From the NCBI GenBank assembly GCA_035607055.1, contig DATNDC010000232.1:1913-65912 (forward strand): 64,000 bases of DNA. Direction: 5' to 3'. This DNA is from Polyangia bacterium (GTDB taxonomy: Bacteria; Myxococcota_A; Polyangia; Fen-1088). The stretch's first letter is position 1. Each line of letters starts with the position of its first letter. The notes below the pieces were generated by a model. The model ran no database searches. It was not told the DNA's origin and saw nothing but the letters and a program-made list of their open reading frames with translations. A program made the translations under genes and the position numbers. Shown here in pieces: positions 20,126 through 28,531 of the stretch.

Positions 20126-21610
20126 ATGTGGGTCGTACGTTTTTTGGTCCGAGTGGGGGTCGTGGTCGCGGTCTGTCACGGGATGGCGGCGGCCTCGCCG
20201 CGGCGGTTGGCGCAGGCGCCCGATCCCGCCTCCAAGATCACCCAGCTGAACCGTGACGCGCTGGCGGCGATCGACAAGCGCGAGTTCGAGAAGGCGCGCG
20301 AGATCCTCAAGAAGGCGCTGGAGCTGTGCGAGGCCTCGGGGATGGCCCAGCACCCGATCGCGGCGCGCACCCACGTCCACATGGGCGTGGTGATCCTCGA
20401 GGGGTTCAAGAACCGCGAGCTGGGGGAGAAGCAGTTCGCCGAGGCGCTGGCCATCGAGCCGGCGATCGCGATGACGCCCGCGCTGGCGACGCCGGAGATC
20501 AACGACGCGTTCGACGAGGCGAAGGCGCAGCTCAAGAACGGCGGCGGCACCGGCGCCGCGGCGCCTGCCACCGCCGAGGCGCCGCCGCCCGCCGAAGCGC
20601 CGTCCCCGCCCCCGGCGCCCAAGCCCGCCGCCTCGTCGGGCGGCTTCACCTACCACACGGTCAGCGAGGTGAAGCAGGGGCACGCGATCAAGGTGACGGT
20701 GAACGTCGACGAGAACCTCAAGTTCCACAAGGTGGTGCTCGCCTACCGGCCGCAGGGGACCTCGGACTTCCTCGGGCGCGAGATGGATCCCGTCGGTCCG
20801 GGCGCCTACAGCGCGGAGATCCCGGATCGCGCCACCACCGGTTCGTCGGTCGCCTACTACATCGAGGCGCAGGACGACGACGGACAGCCGGTCGCCAACC
20901 GCGGCACCGAGGAGCGGCCGCTGGTCATCCAGCTGGGCGGCGAGTCGGCGCCGGAGCATGCGCATGCGGCGGCCTCCAAGTCCAACCGGGACGAGAGCAG
21001 CGACGACAGCACGACGGTTCGCGAGGAGGGAGAGAACGAAGACGAAGGCCACACCTGGTTCGTCAGCGTGCTGCTGGGGAGCGGCCTCGGCTACGCGACG
21101 GGCACCGGCGAGACCAACGCCAACCTGCCGGTCTCCGGCACGTTCGCCGCCACCTCGCTCGGCCACGTCGAGCCCGAGGTCGGCTACTGGGTGTCGCCCA
21201 ACCTGCTGCTCTCCGCCCAGGGACGGATCCAGGTGGTGACCGGGCCGACCGAGCTCATCGACCCGACGGGCCAGGTCCACCAGCCGGCGGATCTGGCGCT
21301 GGCGCTGTTCGCCAAGGCGTCCTGGTTCTTCGGCTCCGACGACCTTCGCCCGTTCCTCTCGGGCGGCCTCGGCGGCGGGCAGATCCGGCACGTGGTCACC
21401 TTCGGCGCCTACAAGGACTGCGGCGCAGCCCGCAATCAGACGTGCGAGGACACCGTGGTGGCCGGTCCGGCGCTCGCCGAGGTGGGGGGCGGAATCCTCT
21501 ACAAGCTCGGCGCCAACTTCGGCCTCGTCGCCGGCAGCAACCTCGAGGTCGCCGCGCCGAAGTTCACGTTCAACATCGATCTCAACGCCGGCGTGGCGGC
21601 GAGCTTCTAG
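20126..21610 (+). CDS. secreted TPR-like / putative outer-membrane beta-barrel protein
   Basis: Signal peptide MWVVRFLVRVGVVVAVCHGMAAA. Helical TPR-like N-terminus (REFEKAREILKKALELCE...). Pro/Ala linker, a middle beta-rich domain, an acidic linker, and a C-terminal region ending NAGVAASF. Confidence 0.5.
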   Translation: MWVVRFLVRVGVVVAVCHGMAAASPRRLAQAPDPASKITQLNRDALAAIDKREFEKAREILKKALELCEASGMAQHPIAARTHVHMGVVILEGFKNRELGEKQFAEALAIEPAIAMTPALATPEINDAFDEAKAQLKNGGGTGAAAPATAEAPPPAEAPSPPPAPKPAASSGGFTYHTVSEVKQGHAIKVTVNVDENLKFHKVVLAYRPQGTSDFLGREMDPVGPGAYSAEIPDRATTGSSVAYYIEAQDDDGQPVANRGTEERPLVIQLGGESAPEHAHAAASKSNRDESSDDSTTVREEGENEDEGHTWFVSVLLGSGLGYATGTGETNANLPVSGTFAATSLGHVEPEVGYWVSPNLLLSAQGRIQVVTGPTELIDPTGQVHQPADLALALFAKASWFFGSDDLRPFLSGGLGGGQIRHVVTFGAYKDCGAARNQTCEDTVVAGPALAEVGGGILYKLGANFGLVAGSNLEVAAPKFTFNIDLNAGVAASF

Positions 21611-21614
21611 CTCG

Positions 21615-22520
21615 ATGGCCGGGACCTCTCGTTTCATGAAGTCGTCGCCGTCAGCCCTGTTTCTGTCGCTGGCGATGCTGGGCGCGGGCTGCCTCAGTCC
21701 GGTCGGCTACCTGCGGCCCGACGGCGGGACTTCTCCGGCAGAGGGCGGATCGCCGGGAGGGTCGGGGACCGGGGGGACCGGCCCCGCTCTGGGCGGGTCC
21801 CCGGGCGCCACGGGGGGCAGCGTCACCGTCGGCCACGGCGGCAGCGTCGGTACGGGCGGAGGCACCGGGGGCACCGTGGTCAGCACCGGCTCGGGCGGCA
21901 GCGCCCCGAGTGGCACCGGCGGCGCGCCGCCTCCGCCGCCCGGCACAAAGCTCTATAGCGACGACTTCGAAAGCGACACCGTCGGCGTGCAGGCGGCCGA
22001 CTGGATTCAGGACACCATCGACTCGGACACGACCAAGGGGACCTTCTCCGTCGTGAGCGACAATGGCAACCAGGTGCTGCAGGGGGCGGCCAACAGCAGC
22101 GACTTCATCATGGACATCGGCGGCAACTCCGCCTGGACGGACTATACGTTTCAGGTGGACGTCAAGCTGATGTCGGGATCGAGCTACGAGTTCGGCGTCT
22201 TCGGCCGCTTCGCCCTCGGTACCGACAAGGGGAATTACTACGAGGCCTACATGGACGACAGCGGCGCCGTGCAGCTCCGCGTGAAGCTCAACGGAAGCAC
22301 GACGACGCTGGGGACCAAGAGCAAGTCGACCACCGGCGCGCCGGTGCCGGGGACGGTCTACACCTTCACGCTCGACCTGCGCGGCGGGGCCATCTCCGTC
22401 TCGGTGAACGGCGTTCCCCGCGTCAGCATGGTGATGGACGCGACGCTCTCCACGGGCGGGATCGGCCTCATCGTGAACAACGGCACGGTCGAGTTCGACA
22501 ACGTGGTCGTCACCGAGTAA
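21615..22520 (+). CDS. lipoprotein with Gly/Thr/Ser linker and concanavalin-like (DUF1080/LamG-like) C-terminal domain
   Basis: Lipobox LAMLGAGC (start may be the Met at 21636). Linker GGSPGGSGTGGTGPALGG... The C-terminal domain ends GGIGLIVNNGTVEFDNVVVTE, like the 3-keto-disaccharide hydrolase/DUF1080 fold. Paralog of 25649..26587. Confidence 0.55.
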   Translation: MAGTSRFMKSSPSALFLSLAMLGAGCLSPVGYLRPDGGTSPAEGGSPGGSGTGGTGPALGGSPGATGGSVTVGHGGSVGTGGGTGGTVVSTGSGGSAPSGTGGAPPPPPGTKLYSDDFESDTVGVQAADWIQDTIDSDTTKGTFSVVSDNGNQVLQGAANSSDFIMDIGGNSAWTDYTFQVDVKLMSGSSYEFGVFGRFALGTDKGNYYEAYMDDSGAVQLRVKLNGSTTTLGTKSKSTTGAPVPGTVYTFTLDLRGGAISVSVNGVPRVSMVMDATLSTGGIGLIVNNGTVEFDNVVVTE

Positions 22521-22550
22521 CGATCGCCCCGCCGGAGCCGGAGACCGCCC

Positions 22551-23963
22551 GTGAAGCCCTTCCTCGACCAAGACTTCCTGCTCGACTCGCCGACCGCGGT
22601 CGACCTTTACCACGGGGTTGCCGCCCAGCAGCCGATCATCGACTACCACTGCCACCTGTCACCGGAGCTGGTCGCCGACGACCACCGCTTTCGATCGATC
22701 ACCGAGATCTGGCTCGAGGGCGATCACTACAAGTGGCGGGCGATGCGCGCCGACGGTGTCCCCGAGCGGCAGATCACCGGCGACGCCAGCGACTGGGAGA
22801 AGTTCGCGGCCTGGGCCAAGACGGTCCCGCACACGCTGCGCAACCCGCTCTACCACTGGACCCACCTCGAGCTCGGTTTCCCGTTCGGCGTGCGCGGCAA
22901 GCTGCTCTCGCCCGAGACGGCGCGGGAGATCTTCGACCACTGCAACGCCAAGCTGGCTGGTGACGGCTTCACCACCCAGGGCCTCTTGCGGCAGTTCGAC
23001 GTGCGCGTCGTCTGCAGCACGGACGATCCGGTCGACGACCTCGCGCCGCACGCGCGCCACGCCAAGCGCGCCGGGGCGTTCACCAAGCTCTACCCGACGT
23101 GGCGCCCCGACAAGGCGCTGGCGCTGCAGGATCTGCCGGGGTGGAACGCCTGGGTCGACGCGCTGGGCGCCGCCGCGCGGTCGCCCGTCGGGACGCTCGA
23201 CGAGCTGCGCGACGCGCTCGCCAAGCGGCACGACGCCTTTCACGCGGCGGGCTGCCGCGCCTCGGACCATGGCCTCGAGCGCATCTTCGCGGCCGACACC
23301 ACCGAGCGCGAGGCCGCGGCGGTCTTCGCCAAGGCCCGCGCCGGGCAGGCGCCGTCGCCCGAGGAGATCGAGAAGCTGCGTTCGGCGCTGCTCTACGATC
23401 TCGCGGTGCTCGACCACCGGCGCGGCTGGGCGCAGCAGTTCCACCTCGGCGCGCTGCGCGACACGAGCGCCCGCGGGATGGCGGCGCTCGGCCCCAACAC
23501 GGGCTACGACGCCATCGCCGACTTCCCGCAGGCGGTCGCGCTGGCTCGCTTTCTCGACCGCCTCGACGCGGCCGGCAAGCTGACCAAGACCATCGTCTAC
23601 AACCTGAACCCCGCCGACAACGAGGCCTTTGCCACGGTCATCGGCAGCTTCAACGACGGCACGACGCCGGGGAAGATGCAGCTCGGCAGCGCCTGGTGGT
23701 TCCTCGACCAGCTCGACGGCATGCGCAAACAGATCGACGCCCTCTCCAGCCTGGGCCTGCTGTCGCGGTTCGTCGGCATGCTGACAGACTCGCGCAGCTT
23801 CCTGTCGTTCTCCCGCCACGAGTACTTCCGGCGCCTGCTCTGCAACATGATCGCCGAGGACGTCGAGCGGGGCCTGCTCCCCAACGACCGCCCGCTGCTC
23901 GCGGCGCTGGTCGAGGACGTCTGCTTCCGGAACGCGCGCGACTACTTCAAGTTCGAGATTTAG
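22551..23963 (+). CDS. uxaC: glucuronate (uronate) isomerase
   Basis: MKPFLDQDFLL, IIDYHCHL and EGDHYKWRAMRADGV over 470 aa is a classic UxaC sequence and length. Confidence 0.9.
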   Translation: MKPFLDQDFLLDSPTAVDLYHGVAAQQPIIDYHCHLSPELVADDHRFRSITEIWLEGDHYKWRAMRADGVPERQITGDASDWEKFAAWAKTVPHTLRNPLYHWTHLELGFPFGVRGKLLSPETAREIFDHCNAKLAGDGFTTQGLLRQFDVRVVCSTDDPVDDLAPHARHAKRAGAFTKLYPTWRPDKALALQDLPGWNAWVDALGAAARSPVGTLDELRDALAKRHDAFHAAGCRASDHGLERIFAADTTEREAAAVFAKARAGQAPSPEEIEKLRSALLYDLAVLDHRRGWAQQFHLGALRDTSARGMAALGPNTGYDAIADFPQAVALARFLDRLDAAGKLTKTIVYNLNPADNEAFATVIGSFNDGTTPGKMQLGSAWWFLDQLDGMRKQIDALSSLGLLSRFVGMLTDSRSFLSFSRHEYFRRLLCNMIAEDVERGLLPNDRPLLAALVEDVCFRNARDYFKFEI

Positions 23964-23997
23964 GCCATATGATCGCTCCTCGAAAGGAGCGAAGACG

Positions 23998-24216
23998 ATG
24001 GCCATACGAACGACGGCACTGGACGACGCGGCCGGAGAAGAGCCCTGGTGCGATCACCGCGACGCGGGATCGGAGGCGGTCTGTCGCAAGGCGGGGATCG
24101 CGGTGGGCGTCCCGGGCCCCGACGGCCGCACCCCCCACGTCTGCACCGCCGGGCATCACTTCCTGTGGCCGCACGCCGGCGCGCCCGCGCCCGCCGCCCC
24201 GGCGCCCGGGCGTTAG
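23998..24216 (+). CDS. small hypothetical Cys/His-containing protein (72 aa)
   Basis: The ATG at 23998 is preceded by AAAGGAG. Mostly G/C third positions. Residues WCDH...C...HVCTAGHH. The stop TAG (24214-24216) abuts the stop of the convergent gene. No family recognised, so it could be spurious. Confidence 0.35.
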   Translation: MAIRTTALDDAAGEEPWCDHRDAGSEAVCRKAGIAVGVPGPDGRTPHVCTAGHHFLWPHAGAPAPAAPAPGR

Positions 24217-25392
24217 TCAGCCCGGCGGAAGGATGCTCTGGCAGCCGAAGATGATCTGGACCGCGCCGGCGCCCGCCGCCTGGATCATGTCGCACCACTG
24301 CCCGTAGACCTCGATCGCCGTATCGTTGACGTCGGTGTAGGCCCAACCGTTTCCGGCCTTCGCGTCGTACGGGATGCGGGTCATGCCGGCGCCGACGTAG
24401 ACGCCGACCTTGGTGCCGTCGTTCCTGACCGGCGGCTGGGAGGCGAGCGGAAACAGACAGGTCGAGATCTGACCGGTGATGGCCTGCAGCGCCGTCGAGA
24501 GGCTGTTGGCGTCGTTGGCCACGTAGTAGTGGTGGGCCAGAGGATTGGTGTTGGCGATCGGCTCGCCTCCAGCTTGCGCCAGCATCTCCAGCTCGGTGTT
24601 GGCGCTGCCCTTGTCGGTGGAGATGCCGACCACGAAGGTCGGAAAGCCGGCCTTGAGGGCGTTGCCGACCGCGGTCACGGTGGCCGTGTCGGCGCTGCTG
24701 GAGCTCTTGGTGGTGCCGACACAGTCGGGCTCACCGTCGGTGGCCAGGAGCAGGTACTTGGGGTTGGTGTCGGTCAGCGTCTTCAGGTAGTTGGCGGCGG
24801 CCGTGACCGCGTCGGGCGTCGGCGTTCCATTGCCGTTCGGCGTGGTCGACATGATCGTGCTGTTCATCGTGGCGCCGTCCATCGCCGCCACCGGCACGTC
24901 GATGAGGCCGGTGACGGCGACCGAGCAGTCGCTCGTCCCGTCGGTGGAGGCCTCCGGGAACGTCTTCAAGCCCCAGGCGATCGAGCTCGTGGTGGCGGTC
25001 ACCGCCTGCTCGAGCGCGGGGGCCACGATCTCCCACTTGCTCAGCGTTCCGGTCGAGCCGTCGGGGATGTCCTTCATCGAGCCCGAGCGATCGAGCACCA
25101 TCATGATGTCGGCCGCCTTGGGGGTCGGCTGGAACTGAAACAGGCCGCAGTTCGGGTCTCCGGCGTCGGTCGCGGGGCCGACGTCGCCGCCGCCGCCGCC
25201 GGTGCCCGAGAAGCTGCCGCCGGTGGCGGTCACCGGGCTGCCGCCGGCGCCGGGGACGCCGCCCGTGCCGGTCCCTTGGACGGCGCCGCTGCCACCTTCG
25301 CCGGCCGCGCTCTGGACGGGCTTCGTTCCGGCGCAACCCCACATCGCGGGGAGAACCGCCAACACTGGAACGAGCGCACAGATCTTCCTCAT
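24217..25392 (-). CDS. lipoprotein with von Willebrand factor A (VWA) domain
   Basis: The ATG at 25392 follows GGGAGG. Signal/lipobox MRKICALVPVLAVLPAMWGC. Gly-rich linker. MIDAS motif MMVLDRSGSM and downstream LLATDGEPDC. Confidence 0.75.
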   Translation of the reverse strand: MRKICALVPVLAVLPAMWGCAGTKPVQSAAGEGGSGAVQGTGTGGVPGAGGSPVTATGGSFSGTGGGGGDVGPATDAGDPNCGLFQFQPTPKAADIMMVLDRSGSMKDIPDGSTGTLSKWEIVAPALEQAVTATTSSIAWGLKTFPEASTDGTSDCSVAVTGLIDVPVAAMDGATMNSTIMSTTPNGNGTPTPDAVTAAANYLKTLTDTNPKYLLLATDGEPDCVGTTKSSSSADTATVTAVGNALKAGFPTFVVGISTDKGSANTELEMLAQAGGEPIANTNPLAHHYYVANDANSLSTALQAITGQISTCLFPLASQPPVRNDGTKVGVYVGAGMTRIPYDAKAGNGWAYTDVNDTAIEVYGQWCDMIQAAGAGAVQIIFGCQSILPPG

Positions 25393-25648
25393 GACGACCT
25401 CCCACGGGGCCGCGCCAGCACCCCCAGGCAACCGGCGCGGCCCCGCAGATCTCTTGGCTCGCGCTTGCGAGCCGGGCTTGAGCCGCCCCGACGGGCCATC
25501 CGGGCGGCGAATCCTTTGACCCTTTGAGTGTCCGCACCCGGGCGGCGCAGCTCAGCGTCGAAAGCGCGGGCGGGCCCGAAACCCGCGGTTTTTGGTGCGC
25601 GTGAGCCGTGGGGGACCCGGCCGGCCACTCGTCACTAAGGTGATCTGC

Positions 25649-26587
25649 ATGACATCTGCGTCGCGTCGAGCCTGCCCCACGGTGTTCGCCCTGGCGATTT
25701 GTACGGGTGCTGTGTTGGCCGCCGCCGGCTGCATCACCCCTGACGGCTACGACCGCGACCTCGACGGCGGCAGCGGGCAAGGGGGCTCGGGGACCGGCGG
25801 CGCGATCGGCAGCGGCGGGACGGGCATGAGCAGCGGCGGGACGGGCACCGGGGGCGCCAAGGGGGGGAGCCCCGGGACCGGAGGAACTATCATCGCGACC
25901 GGGGGTGCGACCGGGACGGGGGGCGCCAAAGGTGGAACGACCGGGACCGGTGGTTCGGTGGTGGCGACCGGGGGGACGACCGGCCAGGGTGGATCGTCAA
26001 GCGCGACCGGCAGCGGCGGGACGGGCGGCGCCGGGAGCACCCTGTTTTCGGACGGCTTCGAGGACGGGATCGCGAAGTGGTTCACGAACGGTCTGGGGAC
26101 GGAGATGACCGCCAGCGATGGGAGCACCGTCTACGAGATCAATTGCCCCATGAGCAAGGTCTGCCTGGCGGCCAACGGGGACGTGAGCTGGACCGACGTC
26201 ATCGTGACGGCCAGGGTGAAGATCATCTCTTTCGCCGGCTCGAGCTCGTCGTACTACGCCGCGGTCTGTGCGCGCGTCGCGGACGCGGACGACTGGTATT
26301 GCGTCACGCTCCGCAGCGACGGCAACGTGGCCGTCCGCGGCGACATCGCCGGCAGCAGCGGGTCGATCGGCAGCTCGGCCAGTTACGGCGTCGTCACCGG
26401 CACCTGGTACACAGTTCAGCTGGAGGTGGTGGGCAGCACCATCACCGCCTCGATCAACGGTGTGCCGGTCCTCCCCAAGTCCGGCTCGTCGGCGATCACC
26501 GATTCGTCGGTGACCCACGGCGGGGTCGGGCTGGCGGTCGACAACGGCGTGGCCGAGTTCGACGACGTGACGGTGACGACGCCCTAG
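25649..26587 (+). CDS. lipoprotein with Gly/Thr linker and concanavalin-like (DUF1080/LamG-like) domain, paralog of 21615..22520
   Basis: Lipobox VLAAAGC. ~100 aa GGTGTGG-type linker. The C-terminal domain is collinear with the paralog (LFSDGFEDG vs LYSDDFESD; WTDVIVTARV vs WTDYTFQVDV; GGVGLAVDNGVAEFDDVTVT vs GGIGLIVNNGTVEFDNVVVT). Confidence 0.6.
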   Translation: MTSASRRACPTVFALAICTGAVLAAAGCITPDGYDRDLDGGSGQGGSGTGGAIGSGGTGMSSGGTGTGGAKGGSPGTGGTIIATGGATGTGGAKGGTTGTGGSVVATGGTTGQGGSSSATGSGGTGGAGSTLFSDGFEDGIAKWFTNGLGTEMTASDGSTVYEINCPMSKVCLAANGDVSWTDVIVTARVKIISFAGSSSSYYAAVCARVADADDWYCVTLRSDGNVAVRGDIAGSSGSIGSSASYGVVTGTWYTVQLEVVGSTITASINGVPVLPKSGSSAITDSSVTHGGVGLAVDNGVAEFDDVTVTTP

Positions 26588-26600
26588 CCGAGGAGGGGGC

Positions 26601-27269
26601 TTAACCGCCGCGCGCGGCCTGCACGGCGGCGCGCAGCGCGCGGGCGCGGTCGGTCACGACCGTATCGCGCCCCTCGGCGAGCGCCTTGGCGTCGACCAGC
26701 TCGGAGCCGACGCCGACCGCGGCGGCGCCGGCCGCCAGGTACTCGCCCACGTTGGCGGCGGTGATGCCGCCGGTCGGCAGCAGCTTCACCGCCGGCAGCG
26801 GCCCGCGCAGCGCCCGCAGGTACGGCGCCCCGCCGACGGCCGAGACGGGAAAGACCTTCACCAGGTCGGCGCCCAGGTTCCAGGCGGCGATCACCTCGGT
26901 GGGCGTGAGCGCGCCCGGCATCGCCGGGACACCGCGCGCGTGCGCCTCCACCACGGTGTCGGCGTCGAGGCCCGGGCTGACGATGAAGGCGGCGCCGGCG
27001 TCGACGCATTGGTGGGCCGCCGCGGCGCTCAGCACCGTTCCGGCCCCGATGAGCGCCTGGTCGCCCAGCTCGCGCGCGAGCGCCCGGATCACCTCGGTGG
27101 CGTCGGGGACCGTCATGGTGATCTCGAAGACGGAGATTCCGCCGGCCAGGACCGCGCGCGCGGCCCGCAGCGCCAGGTCGGGCGTGGCGGCGCGGATCAC
27201 CGGGACGATCGCCTCGGTCTCGACGCGGCGGACGATTTCTTTTCGCGAAGCGTGCTCGGCGGTGGTCAT
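26601..27269 (-). CDS. eda: 2-dehydro-3-deoxyphosphogluconate (KDPG) aldolase
   Basis: IVPVIR, FEITMTVP, GAGTVL and Schiff-base region VKVFPVSAVGG. The ATG at 27269 overlaps the kdgK stop (ATGA, 27266-27269). The Arg-rich upstream part of track ORF 26601..27530 is rejected. Confidence 0.85.
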   Translation of the reverse strand: MTTAEHASRKEIVRRVETEAIVPVIRAATPDLALRAARAVLAGGISVFEITMTVPDATEVIRALARELGDQALIGAGTVLSAAAAHQCVDAGAAFIVSPGLDADTVVEAHARGVPAMPGALTPTEVIAAWNLGADLVKVFPVSAVGGAPYLRALRGPLPAVKLLPTGGITAANVGEYLAAGAAAVGVGSELVDAKALAEGRDTVVTDRARALRAAVQAARGG

Positions 27270-28360
27270 CGGTCGATCCGGGCGCCGGGCGCCTCCATCG
27301 CGCGCAACACCTCGGCCAGGGTGGCCATGGTGGTGTCGCCGGGCGTCGACATGGCGAGCGCGCCGTGCGCGACGCCGCAGCGGAGCGCCCACTCGGGATC
27401 CTTCCCGGCCAAGAGGCCGTAGATGAACCCGGAGGCGAACGAGTCGCCGCCCCCCACGCGGTCGAGGATCTCGACGTCCCGCGCGGCGACCTCGCAGAAC
27501 CGGCCCTCGGCGAAGGCGATGGCGCCCCAACCGTTGACGCTGGCCGAGCGCGAGGTGCGCAGCGTGGTGGCCACCGCCTTCAGGTTGGGGTAAGCGCGCA
27601 TCACCTCGCCGATCATCGTCCGGAAACCGGCGGTCGAGAGCTCCTGATAGTGGGGGTCGACGCCGGGCGGATCGAAGCCGAGCGCGGCGGCGAAGTCCTC
27701 CTCGTTGCCGAACAGCACGTCGACGAGCGGCATGAGCGATCGGTTCACCTCGCGGGCCCGCGCCTGGCCGCCCACCGCGCGCCAGAGCGAATCGCGGTAG
27801 TTGAGATCATAGGAGATCGAGGTGCCGTGCCGGCGCGCCTCCTCCATCGCGGCGCGCGCCACGGCGGGGGTCGTCTCCGAGAGGCCGCAGAAGATGCCGC
27901 CGGTGTGGAACCAGCGCGCGCCGGCCCCGAACAGCGCGCGCCAGTCGACGTCACCGGGCCGCATCTGGGAGACGGCGGTCGCGCCGCGATCCGAGCAGCC
28001 GAGACCGCCGCGCGGGCCGAAGCCCCGCTCCGTGAAGTTGAGCCCGTTGCGCACCGCGCGCCCGACGCCGTCGTACGGGACCCAGCGGAGGACCGAGAGG
28101 TCGACCCCTCCTTGCAACATCAGGTCCTCGACCAGGCGCCCCACGGGGTTGTCGGCCAGCGCCGTCGCGATCGCCGTCCGCAGGCCGAAGCAGCGGCGCA
28201 GCCCCCGGGCGACGTTGTACTCGCCACCCCCCTCCCAAACTTGAAAGGCGCGCGTCGTGTGCAGGCGCCCCTCGCCCGGGTCGAGGCGCAACATCACCTC
28301 GCCCAGGCTCACCTCATCGAAGCGGCACTCCGCCGCCGGTCTGATCGCAAGCCCGATCAT
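27266..28360 (-). CDS. kdgK: PfkB-family sugar kinase, 2-dehydro-3-deoxygluconokinase by context
   Basis: N-terminal GEVMLRLDP...GGGEYNVARGL and C-terminal VGGGDSFASGFIYG are ribokinase/PfkB signatures. Translationally coupled to eda. Confidence 0.75.
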   Translation of the reverse strand: MIGLAIRPAAECRFDEVSLGEVMLRLDPGEGRLHTTRAFQVWEGGGEYNVARGLRRCFGLRTAIATALADNPVGRLVEDLMLQGGVDLSVLRWVPYDGVGRAVRNGLNFTERGFGPRGGLGCSDRGATAVSQMRPGDVDWRALFGAGARWFHTGGIFCGLSETTPAVARAAMEEARRHGTSISYDLNYRDSLWRAVGGQARAREVNRSLMPLVDVLFGNEEDFAAALGFDPPGVDPHYQELSTAGFRTMIGEVMRAYPNLKAVATTLRTSRSASVNGWGAIAFAEGRFCEVAARDVEILDRVGGGDSFASGFIYGLLAGKDPEWALRCGVAHGALAMSTPGDTTMATLAEVLRAMEAPGARIDR

Positions 28361-28504
28361 CTCCGTCGAGCATGCGACGCCGCTCGATCCCGCACAAGCC
28401 CGGCGTTCGTCCGGTCCAGTGGATCGAAGGCGGGCTTTGCCCGCCGGAGACTTACTTGCCGAGCCAGATCCGGGCCCGGCTCTCGTCGCGTCCGGGGTGG
28501 GCCC

Positions 28505-28529
28505 GCGGGAGGGGCGCAGCCCCGCCCGC
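28505..28529 (-). terminator. GC-rich hairpin immediately downstream of the porin stop codon
   Basis: gcgggaggggc / gca / gccccgcccgc: an 11-bp stem with one mismatch and a 3-nt loop, 3 nt after the stop at 28532-28534. No U-tract follows. A second 7-bp hairpin ggcgggc-ttt-gcccgcc sits at 28429-28445. Confidence 0.3.
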
Positions 28530-28531
28530 GC

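Noticed and set aside
27270-27530. Arg-rich 87-aa extension of the eda ORF
   Set aside because: It overlaps the 3' end of kdgK in another frame. The ATGA coupling at 27266-27269 and the normal Eda length argue for the internal start.
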